A stretch of 63,230 nt of DNA, filler included, from Bigelowiella natans CCMP2755 (lineage: Eukaryota > Protista > Cercozoa), in assembly GCA_000320545.1 (NCBI GenBank). It is 3 parts of 3 records of this genome, joined end to end, with 100 filler letters (N's around TTAATTAATTAA, not from the genome) between each part and the next. Parts side by side here need not be neighbours in the genome. Positions count along the whole stretch, not along the records: positions 31,431 to 61,656 come from ADNK01001109.1; 2 more parts are not named here. One strand, 5' to 3'. A model generated the notes under the pieces. The model worked only from the letters and a program-made list of their open reading frames with translations. It was not told where the DNA came from and ran no database searches. Positions within the stretch are counted from its first letter, which is position 1. Every line of letters begins with the position of its first letter. Shown here one piece after another: positions 38,517 to 51,882 of this stretch. The position numbers were made by a program, and so were the translations under genes.

Positions 38517-41500
38517 TTAGAGACTAATATCCTGCTTCTCATCACGATCTCCTTGCAGCGCGACGTGATTTCTCAGCTCCTTCTCGACCATGAGGTTGAC
38601 AATATCTTTGAACTCTTTCTCCGTAAGCAGAAGAGCGTCCTCCTCGCGATTCGCCATGTTCTGAAGCAGGCAGAGGCCATCCAACCACAATGTCTTCGAC
38701 CACGCGCACTGGTGGAACGCGCGATAGTAAGCGCTCTTTGCGGAGTCCAGATGGCCAATGTGCAGTAAGTACCGCATGTATAGCCTCCAGATTGCCACGG
38801 TGCATCGCGAGTTCCCCCGCAGCGCCTTTTCGAATAGGTTAATGATGCGGTGTCGTGCGCCCGGGCGCGGCAGCTCCCACACAATCGCGTACAGCCAGAG
38901 GATGGGCGAGATTTCCTTCGCTCCTCCTTTGTCATCCAGGGCAGAGTCGAAATGCCTCCGCAGCCTAGTGGTCATGTGCCCTTGCTCTCCCTCGCGACGT
39001 ATGAAGGTATTGAGCAGGTATGCGTTCGTTGGGAAGGAGGTCAGGGCAGACGACAAGGCGTCCCGGAGTACGCGAGGGGGGGTAGGATTCATGACTTCAT
39101 GAAACCTGATCATCCGTACGCACGCCATCTCGAGCCATTCATGTTGAAAGCTCCCTTTGACGATTATGTTTGTGTTCAGGGGTGGCGGCCCTGCTCTCCC
39201 CCCCCTACCATTCTTCACCTCCTGGTGCGCCACGACGACTCTGCTGAACACGTGTTGTTTGAAAACAGCCATCCCTTCCTCAAGCCCCCCTCGAAAATAC
39301 TCCATCCAGGCAAAGCAGACCGCGAGACTAGCGCCTGGCGACACCTCGATGTAGCGGTGCGAGCGCTCCTCGCTCTTGCTGACGGCGACACTCCAGATGT
39401 TGTACGTCCTGGGATCGTAATCCGTATTGTCCCACTTGCTCTGGAGGATCGTCGGCCTCGAGCTCGGGGGGTCTCCGATCAGCTTGAGGAAAGCCTTCTG
39501 CGCCTTGATGAAGGCCGTCGGCTTCACGGGCTTCTTGAGTTTCTTGAAGCTGGCCTTTTCGAACTTGAAGAAGGGCGCCTCCACGACGATGCGGGCTGCG
39601 GCAGCTGGCTTGCGGAGGTCGAACAACTGGATCTCGGCAAAGCTCCAGAACAGCAGCGGAGCGTCGCGCTGGCACTTCTTCGACAGCTCAGGGGCCATGA
39701 TCAGGGCTTTCTTATAGATCCTGCATCCCTCTTTGTACTTGGAGTACAGCTTTTGCAGCTGTGCGTACGCATTCCAGAGCCTCAGGTTCATTTGGTCGGC
39801 CTTGAGGAACCCCTTTCCTACCTCCTCAGCCTTAGCATAGCCGTACTGCGCCTCGAAGGCCATGTATGAGCAGCGCATGCTGATGGACTTCGCATATGGC
39901 CCGCTTGTGAGCGCCTGGAAAAGCCTTCTGCAGAACTGTTTCCTGGGTTCCAAGATCTGCTGACGATGATCGTTTGTGGCATCTGCTGCTTCCACACCCT
40001 TGAGCAAGTCGATCCCCTCCGGGGGGCGCTCAGGGAGGAGGAGAGGGGCAGCAGGTGGGGTGGGTGCTTTCTCCTCGCCGGACATGGTTCCCTTGGTCTC
40101 CCCCGCTCCTGTTTTTCCTCCTCCTCCTCCGTGTGCAGCGGCAGCGGCAGATGCTGCTGTTGGTCGCGCTTGTGGAACTATGCTCGATGATAACTCGAAG
40201 TAGTCCATGCTGGTGACCTGGCTTCCGTCGAGGCCCGGCACCTGCTCGAAGAACTCGAGCTCCTGGTCGCGCATCACTGAAAACTTGTAGGAGCTCAGTC
40301 GGTAGCGCCCGCCAATCACCCGCTTCGAGACGCCCAGCTGGATCAGCAAATGGCAGGCGACATCGGCGAGGAGTCCTTTGTTGCTCACTGTGCACAGGAA
40401 CGGTCTGATGTCGTCAATCAAGACCACTCTTTGGAGCATCGCAGCTTCATCAACGTCGCCGCCGTCGTCGTCTTCTTCTCCTAACTCCTCCTCGATGTTA
40501 CGAAGTGGTTGCCAGTGCTGCTCCCCCGTGAGCCTCTCCTTCCGAATCCATGAGAGAATTGGGTCAGGAGAGAAGGCGGCGGAGGGGGAGAAGGATGACT
40601 GCTGCTTCATCTTGCTGTCTTCCTCATGTTGTCCTCCTTTATGTTCCGTAGGATATACGATATCCTCTTCGTTTAGCTCCCCCCTATGGATTTTGAGCTG
40701 CTGATCGTACCAACCTTGCCATGTGGGTGCGCCGGGGTCGCCCACGCGCGGACAGTCGCTGTCCCAAAATCCCTGGAAAAACTGCATCTTTTCTTCCTCC
40801 GACCCCGAGAGTTGGGGGGGGCAAAACAGGTTGAATTCCAGCAGTGCCTGGAGCAGTGCGACCGCCTTCTCGGTGTATCCGGCCTGCTTCTGCAGGACAG
40901 CGTTCCTGATGCAGATGCTCACGAGCGCCTCCTCCAACTCGTTGAGCTCCTTGTTGTCCTTTGGGCTCACCGAGCGGGCCTTCCCCTCGGCCTCGGCTTG
41001 GTTCCGGACGTCGGAGAGTTTTTCAACAGCCTCTCTGTAAAGCTCCGAGGACGAGGCGATGGAGAACGTCTCAAACTCCGACTGGTGGTGCAGGAGGTAC
41101 TCTTTCCACAAGCGCGATGATGACGGGTGCTTCGCAATGATAAGCTTCCACTTCTCCGACACCTCATCTGGGGTCATGTGCCGCCGACAGGTGTCCAGAT
41201 AACCCAGGATTAAGGGAACAGAGCCTGGATTCTCCTCAATGGCCTTCTCGAACACGCTCAGCTTCTTCTCCAGAACAGGCGCTGCTTTGTTGGCCCTGTG
41301 CTCCATCGTAGACTCATCCTGGAATCGGATGAAGTCGAACCAGAGTTGAATGTTGTGGGGGTCTTTGCGGAGGCTAGCACTAAAGTCTCTGGTCCGCTCT
41401 AGCTGTCTCTCCTCGAACGTCAAGCCTGAGTCCTTCCATTCCACCCGACCCTCCTCTTGTTCTAGAGGCAAGTAGTCATCGGGGTAGCTGCTATCTGCGT

Positions 41501-42399
41501 GCGATTTTTGGTCGGCAGCATTGATATAGATTCTACGCAGGCTTCGGTCACGGTCCCTGAGATGATGCTTATGGGCGAAGTATCGATGGTTGGCACTCTG
41601 TCTCAGCTCGTTGTGCACTTCTCCTGCGCCCTTATCCTTGAGGATCATTCGTTTAAGATAGCCTGGAAACTTTTCGCCCCCGAGGAAGAAGTCATAGATC
41701 TGGTGGTAGTTTGGAACGTCTAGCCTGTACAACTGCTCGTATAACAGGTTATCGTTGTTTCCGATGCGATCCACGAAGCTCTTCCTCTCCTTCTTGTCGT
41801 CAGCCCACACCGTCGTTTTCTTTCGAACATCGACGTCAACATCAAAGTCATCCCCCCAGTAGTAAAGTTTGAGCTTCCGCGTCCTTTTGTGCTTCTCTCG
41901 ATTTGTGAGCTCCTCCTCTATCCTCCTTATTTTCTCGCGGTCATTCAGCATGCGCTTCTTTCTTTTCTTCTCCTTGCTTTGGTGCTTGTTTTTCCGCTTC
42001 CTTGATTTTTTCTTTCTTGACATATGCTTCTTGGGCAAGATATCTGCTTCATCTTTTTCACTACTCCATTCTGATGAAGAATCGTCGTCCTCCTCCATTA
42101 CTTTCCCTTTGGACTCTTCCGGTATCTCAGCACCTTTCGCACTCTCATTCCGAAGCCAGCTCATATCCATAGTCTCATTCTTACGTACCAGTGCTGCTGA
42201 AGAAGAAGATCCTTGGGTCGGATTCCTCTTCGTTGGAGAACTTGAAGGAGGGAGAGCTTTTGCATCCTCAGCCTGCATAACGATAAAAAGAAAGTGATTT
42301 TTGCAACTCGCACCGGTGGCGCTGGAAGGGAAAAGCTAAATAAAGCGATGACAATTTTAGACGCGCTTGTACCTGCTCCAGTACGGGGAACAATGGCAT
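38517..42399 (-). CDS. NRDE2: NRDE-2 homologue (HAT-repeat nuclear RNA processing / exosome / RNAi-associated factor)
   Basis: FVDRIGNNDNLLYEQLYRLDVPNY; LRKDPHNIQLWFDFIRFQD; EKKLSVFEKAIEENPGS; QAGYTEKAVALLQALLEFNLFCP; FWDSDCPRVGDPGA; CAWSKTLWLDG. Probable 27-nt first exon MPLFPVLEQ (42373-42399, compare the MALFP start of NRDE2), intron 42273-42372, then a single ~3.75-kb exon. Confidence 0.93.
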
Positions 42400-43195
42400 C
42401 CCTTCTTGATGCGCCCTCTACCTTCCCTGCTCCTACAACTTGGATACTCCTCTTCCTCGGGTCGAGAGAACGCCTGTGGGGAATGCTTCATATTTTGGAA
42501 TAACGACAAGGTAATATAAGAAATTCTTATGACAAATCCCAATGTGTTTTGTAAGTGCAACATGCCAAAGGACTGAACCTTGAATGAAGGAAGTTTCCCG
42601 CACCGAAATTAACGTGATCTTTCAAAAGCAGTTCAGCTACAATGAAGAAATCTTGCACCAGCTTTGGTTCGACCATGTAAGTTGCTTCTTCAAGCTAAGA
42701 ATATCGTAAAATATTTGACGAATCATACATAGGAAATCCAGGAAATATCCCAGTTCAGGAACGCCACAGACGAATTATTCTCGAATCCCGCTTTTTTGTC
42801 ACAGGGAATATTATCAATGCCGACAACATATATGTGGTGTCGTTTTTCATAAAATCAGCAGCAAACACTAAATTACCGATGGCAGTGAGAAGGTATGAGT
42901 TTCTTCTGAAGACTTGAGATGTGGCTCACACGGTGCCTATTTCCCCTGTGTTTTTGCTCTTGCATACGAAGCCAATTATTTTCAACAATAATAGTTATGA
43001 ATTACTACAATATTCTTGTGAATTGGACCCTAATTATAATACGAATATGTGTTAATATCATGTCGTATTCATATTTTATCATGATAAAGAAATAATAATA
43101 GGATTTTCTAACCTTAAAGTTCAAATCCAAGCTGCCCCCCCCCCTTCCATTGATTGGAACGAAGGAGGGGGAATTAGCACGTTTTTGAGGGAAAT

Positions 43196-45218
43196 ATGAA
43201 CAAATCCACTCCCCTTTTACGTTTGCGTACACGGGGATGTGAACGTGGTAAAACTATCCGGCTCAGTGCAGGCCTCATGGTTCTCATTGCCAGTACACTT
43301 CTGCTTTTCCTCCCAACCAACCAAAACGTTAATCAAGATCATGGGAAACAAGGACTTCTTAGAAATCCGGTTTTATCAGCTGTGCGACGTCAGATTCGAA
43401 CCCTATTCAACAATCCAAAATCTAGGTCAGAGCCAACCTCTTCCTCTTCTCCAACGAGTGGCACCAAAACTAAAGCACAAGCCAAACAGAAGCTGCAGCC
43501 CGTGGTAGAGGTGTTCCCAGAGGTGAAGGTGCCTGAGATTAAGCTTGATGGGTCCAAAACGCTTAGTGAAGACGAAAACGCGCAGAAGGAGATATTGTTA
43601 AGGCAGCTCCCAAACCACCAAGTCTTCAAGAACTTCGTTGACATCATGCAGATTCCACGTCAGACCTTTAAGGAGTACAAGATAAGGGAATGGGCCAAGA
43701 AGGTCGCACTCAACACTGGCTGCCAGGTGAAAATGGACTCAGTGGGAAACCTTCTCATCAAGCGCCCTGCAAGCCCAGGCTACGAAAACCGGCCAACAAT
43801 CGCTCTCCAGGCTCATATGGACATGGTGTGCGAGAAGGCCGCCGGCACCCTGACCAACTTCGACGTGGACCCGATCAAAGGGCGCATTGAAGATGGATGG
43901 CTAAAGGGAGTAGGTACAACACTGGGCGCCGATAATGGCGTTGGAGTCGCGGCAGCATTAGCAATCTTGCAGGAGCCGTACCTCCAAGCTGGGGCGATTG
44001 AAATTCTTCTTACTATTGCAGAAGAGAAGGATATGATAGGGGCGGCAGGCATCGACCCAAACCTCATGCATAGCGACGTCCTGATAAACGTGCGTAGTGT
44101 TTCTAATCTCGCTTTGTGTTTTAATTCTCCCTCTTGTTGCCCCATGCCCTTTGTTTCCGACTTGCCTTGACGTCCATTGTATCTTCCTTTTTGGTTATAA
44201 ATAGTTGGACTCCGAGTCTGGGCACGAAATATGCGCCGGCAGCGCTGGAGGATTTGGAAAGGTGATTAAAGGAAACCCTGCAAGAGAGGAGAGAGCAAAG
44301 AATGAAGTGATGCTGGAGATAAGCATTGGAAACTTTGCCGGGGGGCACACCGGCGTCAACATCCACGAGGGGCACGCCAACGCCGTGGTGGTATCTGCCC
44401 GCATGCTCGACGAGCTGCTATCGAGGGGTGTAGGAGCACGCCTGGTATCCTTTTCGGGAGGCAGCGCGCACAACGCCATCCCCCGGCACGTCGACTGCTC
44501 CATCTATGTGCCAGAGGACGAAAAGGAGAGGGCTGAAGGGATCCTGAAGGAGGCCTTCAACGAGATTCACAAGGAGTACGCAGGTTTCGAGGCGCAGAAC
44601 TGGAGACTTGACACCAAGAGCTGCTCCCAAGACTCGTACCACGTGGCTCTGACGGAGCAGGAGACGCGCAGCCTCGTCGACTTAGTGATGCAGATCCCGG
44701 ACGGGGTGGACCGCAACAACCCGGATGGGATGGAGGGGGTGGAAAGCTCTATGAGCCTCTCCATTGTTACTGTGAACCCTGTCAACGGTCAGTTCCAGCT
44801 CGAATTATTCGCGCGTTCGAGCTCGCCCTCGCGGCTGCGGTTCCTTGACCGCAGGCTCGACTCGCTGGCCCGCTCCCATCTTGCGGAGGCGTCCGATAAG
44901 CTGCGCGCCTTCCCCGGCTGGTCCCCCAAGGCTGGCTCGGAGGCGCTGCAGAGTGCCTTGAGCTCCCACGTCAAACTGTTCGAGAAGAAACCCAAGATCT
45001 TTTCGGTGCATGCAGGGCTCGAGTGCGGCATCCTGACGCAAAAGTACCCCAACCTGGACACGATATCCATTGGGCCGACCATTCTGGGCGCGCACACAAC
45101 GGAAGAGCGCCTGGAGATCAAGTCGGTGATTCCGTTCTATAACTGGCTGAAGGAGATCGTCGTGAACTTCGGGAGCGAGGACGCTTCGAAGGACGAGGCC
45201 TTCTCCGAAGAAAGATGA
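43196..45218 (+). CDS. pepD: Aminoacyl-histidine dipeptidase PepD (peptidase M20C) with bipartite N-terminal leader
   Basis: DSVGNLLIKRPASPGYENRPTIALQAHMDMVCEK; TTLGADNGVG; EE; LIN|LDSE...GSAGG; GGHTGVNIH; HNAIPR; FPGW; HAGLECG; SIGPTILGAHTTEERLEI. One intron ~44090-44204. Confidence 0.93.
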
Positions 45219-46281
45219 TGAAGAACGCCTGTAGATCACTGTACCCTGGTCCACGTTCCACCTCATTCCGTTGCCTAAGTTGCAGAGATGCATTGTTCAA
45301 TAGACTGTGAGGATACTTTTCCTTCAAGGTCGTGTCCGCCATGGTTGTTCCTTTGTACGTTGGTAAATGCCCGTCAATGACGACTGTTGTCGTTTTGACA
45401 TTTGGCTCGCTGTTGCCTTGGTTCTTGAAGATCCTCCTGCTGAGATTCCATAACTCGACTACTCTCAACGCTATTAACTAACTCCAAAAATAACTAATTA
45501 TAATCCCCCCCAAAACTTTCGAAAAATGAAAGTCGACTACCACACATATTTGTAACAATTACTACAGCAGCATAATTCTAATAAGAAACAAAGTCTTTAT
45601 CCTGTATGTCATTTATTCTATATGTTCATAAACAGTTATCAAGAATATAACTTGAGAATCTTATCGAAATCTTCAGAATTGAATCATGCTTGCTTATGAA
45701 GCACGGCATAGCAGCCGTAATGCTAATTAAATATCTATGCTGAAGTAAGCATTTATGCCCCATTGCACATGGAGAGATGTAACCTAGTATTTTTCATTGC
45801 AAAGCTAAGACGCTTCTAGCAGTGGTCATTGGACGGCGATGACTCGTTGCGCGGAAGCTTGGAAGACGATAACGTTTATTTAATAATGACATCAGCTTGC
45901 TTGTACGTGTAGAGTCGCCGCATTTCAGAGTCTCAATAGAGGTGATGAATATAAAGCTGTTGTTTTTGGTGCGCTGGCCATTCATTCATGCATTCGCATA
46001 GCAATCATAGTCAAGGCAAGTTGCAAGTGAGACTTCATTCGATCAAGCGTAGCCCTCGGCGCTTGCGTACACACTTGCTGCTTGGTCAGCATGGCACTTG
46101 GAGAGGAATCGACTATTTCGGTGATCATCCCTGATGAGTCATTTCAGGCCGGGCTAAAGTAGGAACGCAAGCAGCATGCATGCTAATCATGCTGAGCTAG
46201 GTTCACAGATTGTTGCAATATAAGCTATGCCTAAAATATGTGTAATTGTAATTAATAGAGATGTGGATCATTAAGTCGACA

Positions 46282-46948
46282 TTATCGCATCTGGGCATTA
46301 TTGTTTGGGGGAGCTGCAGCTCCAGTACGTGGAAGATTCACTCTGCGTACTCCGTTTCCTGCTACAGAACAAGTTGTTAAAATCAGATAGGCATGCTGGA
46401 TGAAATGGGCTAAAATCCTTAAGGAAAATGTTAAAAGGTTATCGATCTCAGCGTAATATGATAAAATTATAACCAGATGCTGGGCTTTCCTCGTACCTGA
46501 TTGATATTTATTGGACAGTATCATGTAACAGATATGCACATATTTGACCGGTATCATCCTTACATGCAGGGATTGAAGACGAAGCAGCATCCACAAGGGC
46601 GGTTGCAGTAGCAGCAAGGTTTCCAACATCTGTAAGAATAGTCTAAATGAATGGGTGCGAATTCCAAACAGGATCCTGGGGACTCACTTTTTGCAGCCCT
46701 CTGTTACAGCCCTGCACGTCACAATGGCGATGCAAGCGTCGTAGCAACTGATGAAGAGAATTCGTTTTGACTCTTAATTCGACCATGTAAGTGTTCATGA
46801 TACAGTCATTTTGGAAGGATATTCTTACTCTGTCTTGCACTCGTGACACGCTCTTCTGCATCTAAACAAAAACCATAACATTTCATTCAAGCACAGCTTT
46901 TGTGACTCTTCGCCCTTCTTCTGACCTCCGTTCCTTGTCTCTCTCTCC

Positions 46949-46995
<47 letters not shown>

Positions 46996-47923
46996 ATTAC
47001 GTGAGACAAGTCACGCATTCATAGCAACTTTTCGCACAAGCCGATCCCGCTTGACGTGCCTGGAAAATAATGTTAAACTGTCAGCCACCTAGGAGATCAG
47101 GTATTTATGAACTTGCGATCTCCTGAACCTTGTAGCACGTGATGCACTCATAGCATTGGTTGCACCTACATAAGGATGATTGATCAGAGTACTGGCTTCG
47201 TTTAAAGAGGATGATGGATTGGACCTGTACACGCATTTTTGTCTCTGTTCCCTACATGTGCACCAACCCACGCACGAGTCGCACTGAGAAAAGGGGTTGC
47301 GTGATCATTAACATTAGCATTGCGTTTGGCGTCACAAATGTTGAGTACATAGCGCTGGCACGTTGTGCATGGGCAGCAGAAGCAACTCCAGCAAGCTTTT
47401 GCGGCCTGAATACATCGCAAATTTTCATTATTAGTGCTCAAAGGTGAGAACAGAAAACGCAAGAGAAATCAACACAAAAATCATATTCCGTTGAGCCCAG
47501 AAGCAATGGTGATTGTTTTAGAAGTTCTACATTTCACTACTCAGGTATCCATGGCTACACACCTGTTCATTCTTCTCTGCACACCATGAGCAGGGGCAGC
47601 AGAGGACTTCGTAAACGCAGTCTTGCAGGCAGTCCTCCCTTGTTGAAGACACAGGGTTACAAATCTAAAAATGAGACAATTGGGGTTTTCATACCAACAG
47701 GTGCAGCGAGAGCCTTTTTCTTCTGCAATGAGTGAACACAAAAAATCAGAGATGCAATTAGGCAATCCGGAGGAAAACACCAAGAAAGCTAAACGACACG
47801 GCCAGCGATCGAAATCAGCGAGACATGTACTCGTTCGGGTACATTATAAATTCAGAATAAAGCGTCTATGGAATCTAGCGCAAAAGATCCTGCCATCAAG
47901 CAAGGATTAGAACCACCTGCCAT
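46282..47923 (-). CDS. Small, extremely cysteine-rich multi-exon protein
   Basis: Exons: EEKGSRCTCW|EDCLQDCVYEVLCCPCSWCAEKNEQ|AAKACWSCFCCPCTTCQRY|CDSCVGWCTCREQRQKC|ARQAGSACAKSCYEC..|CRRACHECKT|CYDACIAIVTCRAVTEGCK|CWKPCCYCNRPCGCCFVFNPC|YEESPAS|AGNGVRRVNLPRTGAAAPPNNNAQMR*. Start uncertain. Confidence 0.7.
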
Positions 47924-48249
47924 GTTTCTGGGGGTTCGGTGTGTAAACGGTATGCAAAATCCAAGTGAGCAAACGCGTTACTCGTCTTGCCTATTTTTAC
48001 AAACACGGAACTTCACAAGTGCGACAACCAATGACGTAAGTCGTCGGGGGAAAACCCCATATTTTCTCTCGAAATTGACAGCCTCCTTCTTCGGAAGTAC
48101 GTGATCAACAAGCGAAGGTGGGCTTGAAGAAACTGTGAGACGCGTATGATTTCCGTGATGATTTCCATGGATTTTGCGCTTTTTGGAATGTCGCAAGGAG
48201 CATTTGCAACCGCACACATCGTGTTTCCGTTTGCTCGGAAGTGCTCCAG

Positions 48250-48330
48250 TTCAGCACTGCATTTTGCTCACTGCAAATGTCTTGCAACATTTTGGAAATG
48301 TAGTTCTTCATCATTGTTTCATTGTTTGTT
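48250..48330. repeat. Dispersed repeat copy B, related to 11870-12060
   Basis: GCACTGCATTTTGCTCACTGCAAATGTCTTGCAACATTTTGGAAATGTAGTTCTTCATCATTGTTTCATTGTT. Confidence 0.75.
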
Positions 48331-49162
48331 TCAGTTCCCAGCTGCTCCAATTGAAACACTTTCTTCTGAACACTGTATGGACTCATAACTCCCTGTTGTA
48401 ACACACACACACACACACACACACACAATGCAATGAACATGTGAACATGGACGACAAATGTTTCCGACCTGCATGGTTCATGAGGTGGCAATGCAGGCCA
48501 GCATGCAGGTCTTTTCGATTGATGAACATCCCGGCCAGCTGCAACTCAATGATTCCCAGGTCGTTCCGGCGGCGTGGAATGATTGCATGACACGATGCAG
48601 GCAAGGAGCCACAATGAGATGCTGTCAGCTGCAGAAAAACATTGCACAAATTGTTGCTACGTGTCAACACATGCTAGCATCTCATCCGCAGCATGCTTCG
48701 TGCGGCTAGCAGATGGGCGGCGCTCATCATTCATTCATGCGCCCCAATGAACGCCAATTACACCAATGTTGCACGTGCAGCACGCACGCAGTGCTGGCTG
48801 GCGCTGAGATTTCATTATTTGCATGAATTGTGCCATGCGATGCATGCTAGCATGCACCACTTCCACTGAACAGAAGATGCTCAACATCATGCAACACAGG
48901 CTACTAGCAGGCGTGCGTTTTCGATCACCGTGCTGCGGTGCGTTGCACAATTTGATGCCATTTCTGCACTTAGAACCTTCTATGAATTGCAGCTGGAGTG
49001 CAAAGGTGTGCTCACAATTGCACACACATGCTTGTCTAATGTCTACCAATTCGCTTATAGATCAGTTTGGTTAGCTCCGCTTCCCGTCATTGCAACGCAT
49101 TCTTCTTATCATCTCTGTACATGCTCGACAAAACGTTGTATAACTAACCGGGTTTACCTCTC

Positions 49163-51424
49163 CTACGACGGAATGTCACTGCGAATGAAAAGAAGATCGA
49201 ATTCACATTTGGAGTTCCATGACTCCCAAGGGACATCATCACAGCTGAATCCCCTCTTTAGTCCCACGCGTGTGGAGCCTGTCGATAAATTATCCCAAGA
49301 TCACAGGAAAGAGATGAAACGCATAAGATGATGACGAGAAAAGTATGCATGAGAAATAGATAAACGATTTGAAGAACGAGCCTTTTCAAACGCGAAACGG
49401 GTAACTCCTTGCTCAAAATATATAGCTTAGATCTGAAGTATTTATATTATCACCGTCCTCTCGGATGGCGTCCTCCGGTACAAACCTGGAGGTTAGGTAA
49501 TGAATTACGACCCATACAAATTCATATCTCGTTGCAAACATTTGTTTACTATTTTTTTATATCTATCTTCTCGGTCATCATCATTATCATCATCATCCTC
49601 GTCTGCATTCTAAAAATACGCAGTTACCCCATTTTGTCTAAACTTTTGAAAATTTCCTCGCACGTTGCGGCACCCTCGGTGAGGGTTATACACTTAGGCG
49701 ATGGCGCTTCTAGCATTATTCTGCGGACAGATTTCAATGCGCTTCCACCAGAACGAAGGATACTCATCTCAGCCCCTGAACAGGCACATATCATCATTCA
49801 TCGTCATTTTCATCATCATATAACTATCATCCTCCTCACCATCTTCAAAAATGTGTGCTGTCGCCGTCGTAGTCAGCAAAAACCGAAAGGATTGTTTATG
49901 AGGATAACAAAACGTTGCCACATTGGCGACGACGATTGCCATGCTAGTAACCTTGAGCATCGATGTGCATGAACTCCACCTCCCGACCCCCCAGCCACGT
50001 CCCGAGCAGCGTACCAAGCGTCACCGTGGGTACCTTTACTACTCTCCGTGCGCTTCCACAGCCTGACGACCGGTAAAATTGTTTTGCTTGTGTATTTTCG
50101 AGGCAAAGTCACAACGAGAGGGCGTGCAGAAAAGAACATCTTGGTGTTTGGGTCTGTGGCCAATATTCTTGTGGTAAACAGCTACCTTTGGTTACTATCC
50201 TTTGGATGTCGTTACCCTTCCATCCTCCCTCTGCGAGCTCTCTCCCGCTCCCTGTCGAGCAAGCAATAACATTAGACGTTGATGGTATGTGTGAGAAGTT
50301 TAGTGAAGAAGGACGGAAATATGTACGTTGTTTATTGAGGGAGCTGCATCCATCTAATGCTGAGACATGAAACTCGGCCATCTTATTGTCTTCATCCCCA
50401 ACCTTACAAACGTATGTGCCAGTAACTATGTTTTGCAGTAGTACACAACGCCCGCAACAAACATGATGTTTCAATGTATTGAAACTCACAACTAGCTTAC
50501 AGGCACACGCACATCCGCGCTCAAAAATGCATGCATCTGTCGTCAAGTACAAATGGGGCAACTCACAGCCATTGGGAAGATCATCCCCCGACGCCTCCTG
50601 CGCATATGCGGTAGCTGTATAAGCCCTGCGTCGACGATGCCCTCGTCCTTGACACCCATTGCCACATGGTATGCATATTTCGCTAGTAAAGGCTCGAATG
50701 CAATGTAGAATACTCCCTCCTTCTGTGATAGGTAACGGAAATCCTTCCCTACCGGCGTTGTCTTCTTCACGTTAACCCCAATATCAAGCCAAATTTCTGT
50801 TTCCGCCGGAGGAGAAAAAGGGGAGGAGGAGGAGGAGGAGGAAGCGCTATTCTTATTTGAGGGGGGGGGCAGTGTTAATGAATGGTTGACGGGGTCGAAG
50901 TGGTCTGAAATCGTTAGGGACATCTGCAAAAGCCCATTGTCATCGATCCACCACGAATCACCCTGCGTTATTGTAGAAGATACAATGATGTCTCAAAAAT
51001 GGCTAAACAGTGAGAGTGTTTCGTTGGGTGTGTATGTAACACACACGTAACACAAACGTACATCGGGCCTCGCTGTGCGCTGAGTCTCGTTCCGGAATGG
51101 CATCCTTGAGTCGGCCGGAAATCGCTCTTTATCCTCACAATTGCACCTTAATAAAGGTAACTTATCAAAGGGTGGTAAGTTTGCAAAAGAAGAGGCTCTT
51201 GAAAACCTGCATTGGTCGACCGAAAGCGTTGACCCCAACGACGCCGAACTCATTCCGGAGCTCTGAGTGGGAAGATTGAGGGGTTTTGTGTAAACCAAGA
51301 AACTGAAATCTCTCGCCCTCGCAATTTCAGGTACCTCGACATATCGATAAGCTGCCAAAGTCAGCCCCAGAACCATTCCTAGACACAGCCCAGACACGAA
51401 GGCCACACCCCAGCCACCACGCAT
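49163..51424 (-). CDS. FkbM-family SAM-dependent methyltransferase with N-terminal membrane anchor
   Basis: TM anchor VAFVSGLCLGMVLGLTLAAY; EIWLDIGVN; YIAFEPL; IFPMAVS; AEFHVSALDGCSSL; KVPTVTLGTLL...VEFMHIDAQGAEMSILRSG...VRRIMLE; CEFDLLFIR. Confidence 0.85.
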
Positions 51425-51649
51425 TGGGGGGCTTGCTTCCGGCAGCGGTTCGTCGGTTCGTTATTTAGTTTGAATGAATGCCGACACTGTGGTAAAAATG
51501 TGGGTAATTTCTGTCCCAAACCACGATTCTCCAAAATCACGAAGTACTTGAGTTCCCCGATGCTCTCATCGAGCGTCGATCAGCTGTTTCGCGCCCGATT
51601 CTTTTTTGACTGTTGTCAGGTGAACATTGCGTCTCGAACTTGTTCTCGA

Positions 51650-51685
<36 letters not shown>

Positions 51686-51882
51686 CGTTTTCGTGAAATG
51701 GAGAATCAACGAGAAGAATCTTTGCGATCGTCACTAGCACTGGAGAACGAAAAACATTGGAAAATGAATGATGATTTGTGCATCCGACAATGGTTTTCAT
51801 GCAAGAAAGAGGATGAAAAGGAGGATAAATGCTGTTGATTGTGATACTCTAACAAGCGAAGCAAATGATGACGCCCAGATGA

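Noticed and set aside
38542-42297. Long plus-strand and alternate-frame ORFs overlapping NRDE2 (e.g. 38850..39869, 339 aa)
   Set aside because: Antisense shadows of a GC-rich coding exon, with no recognisable motifs.
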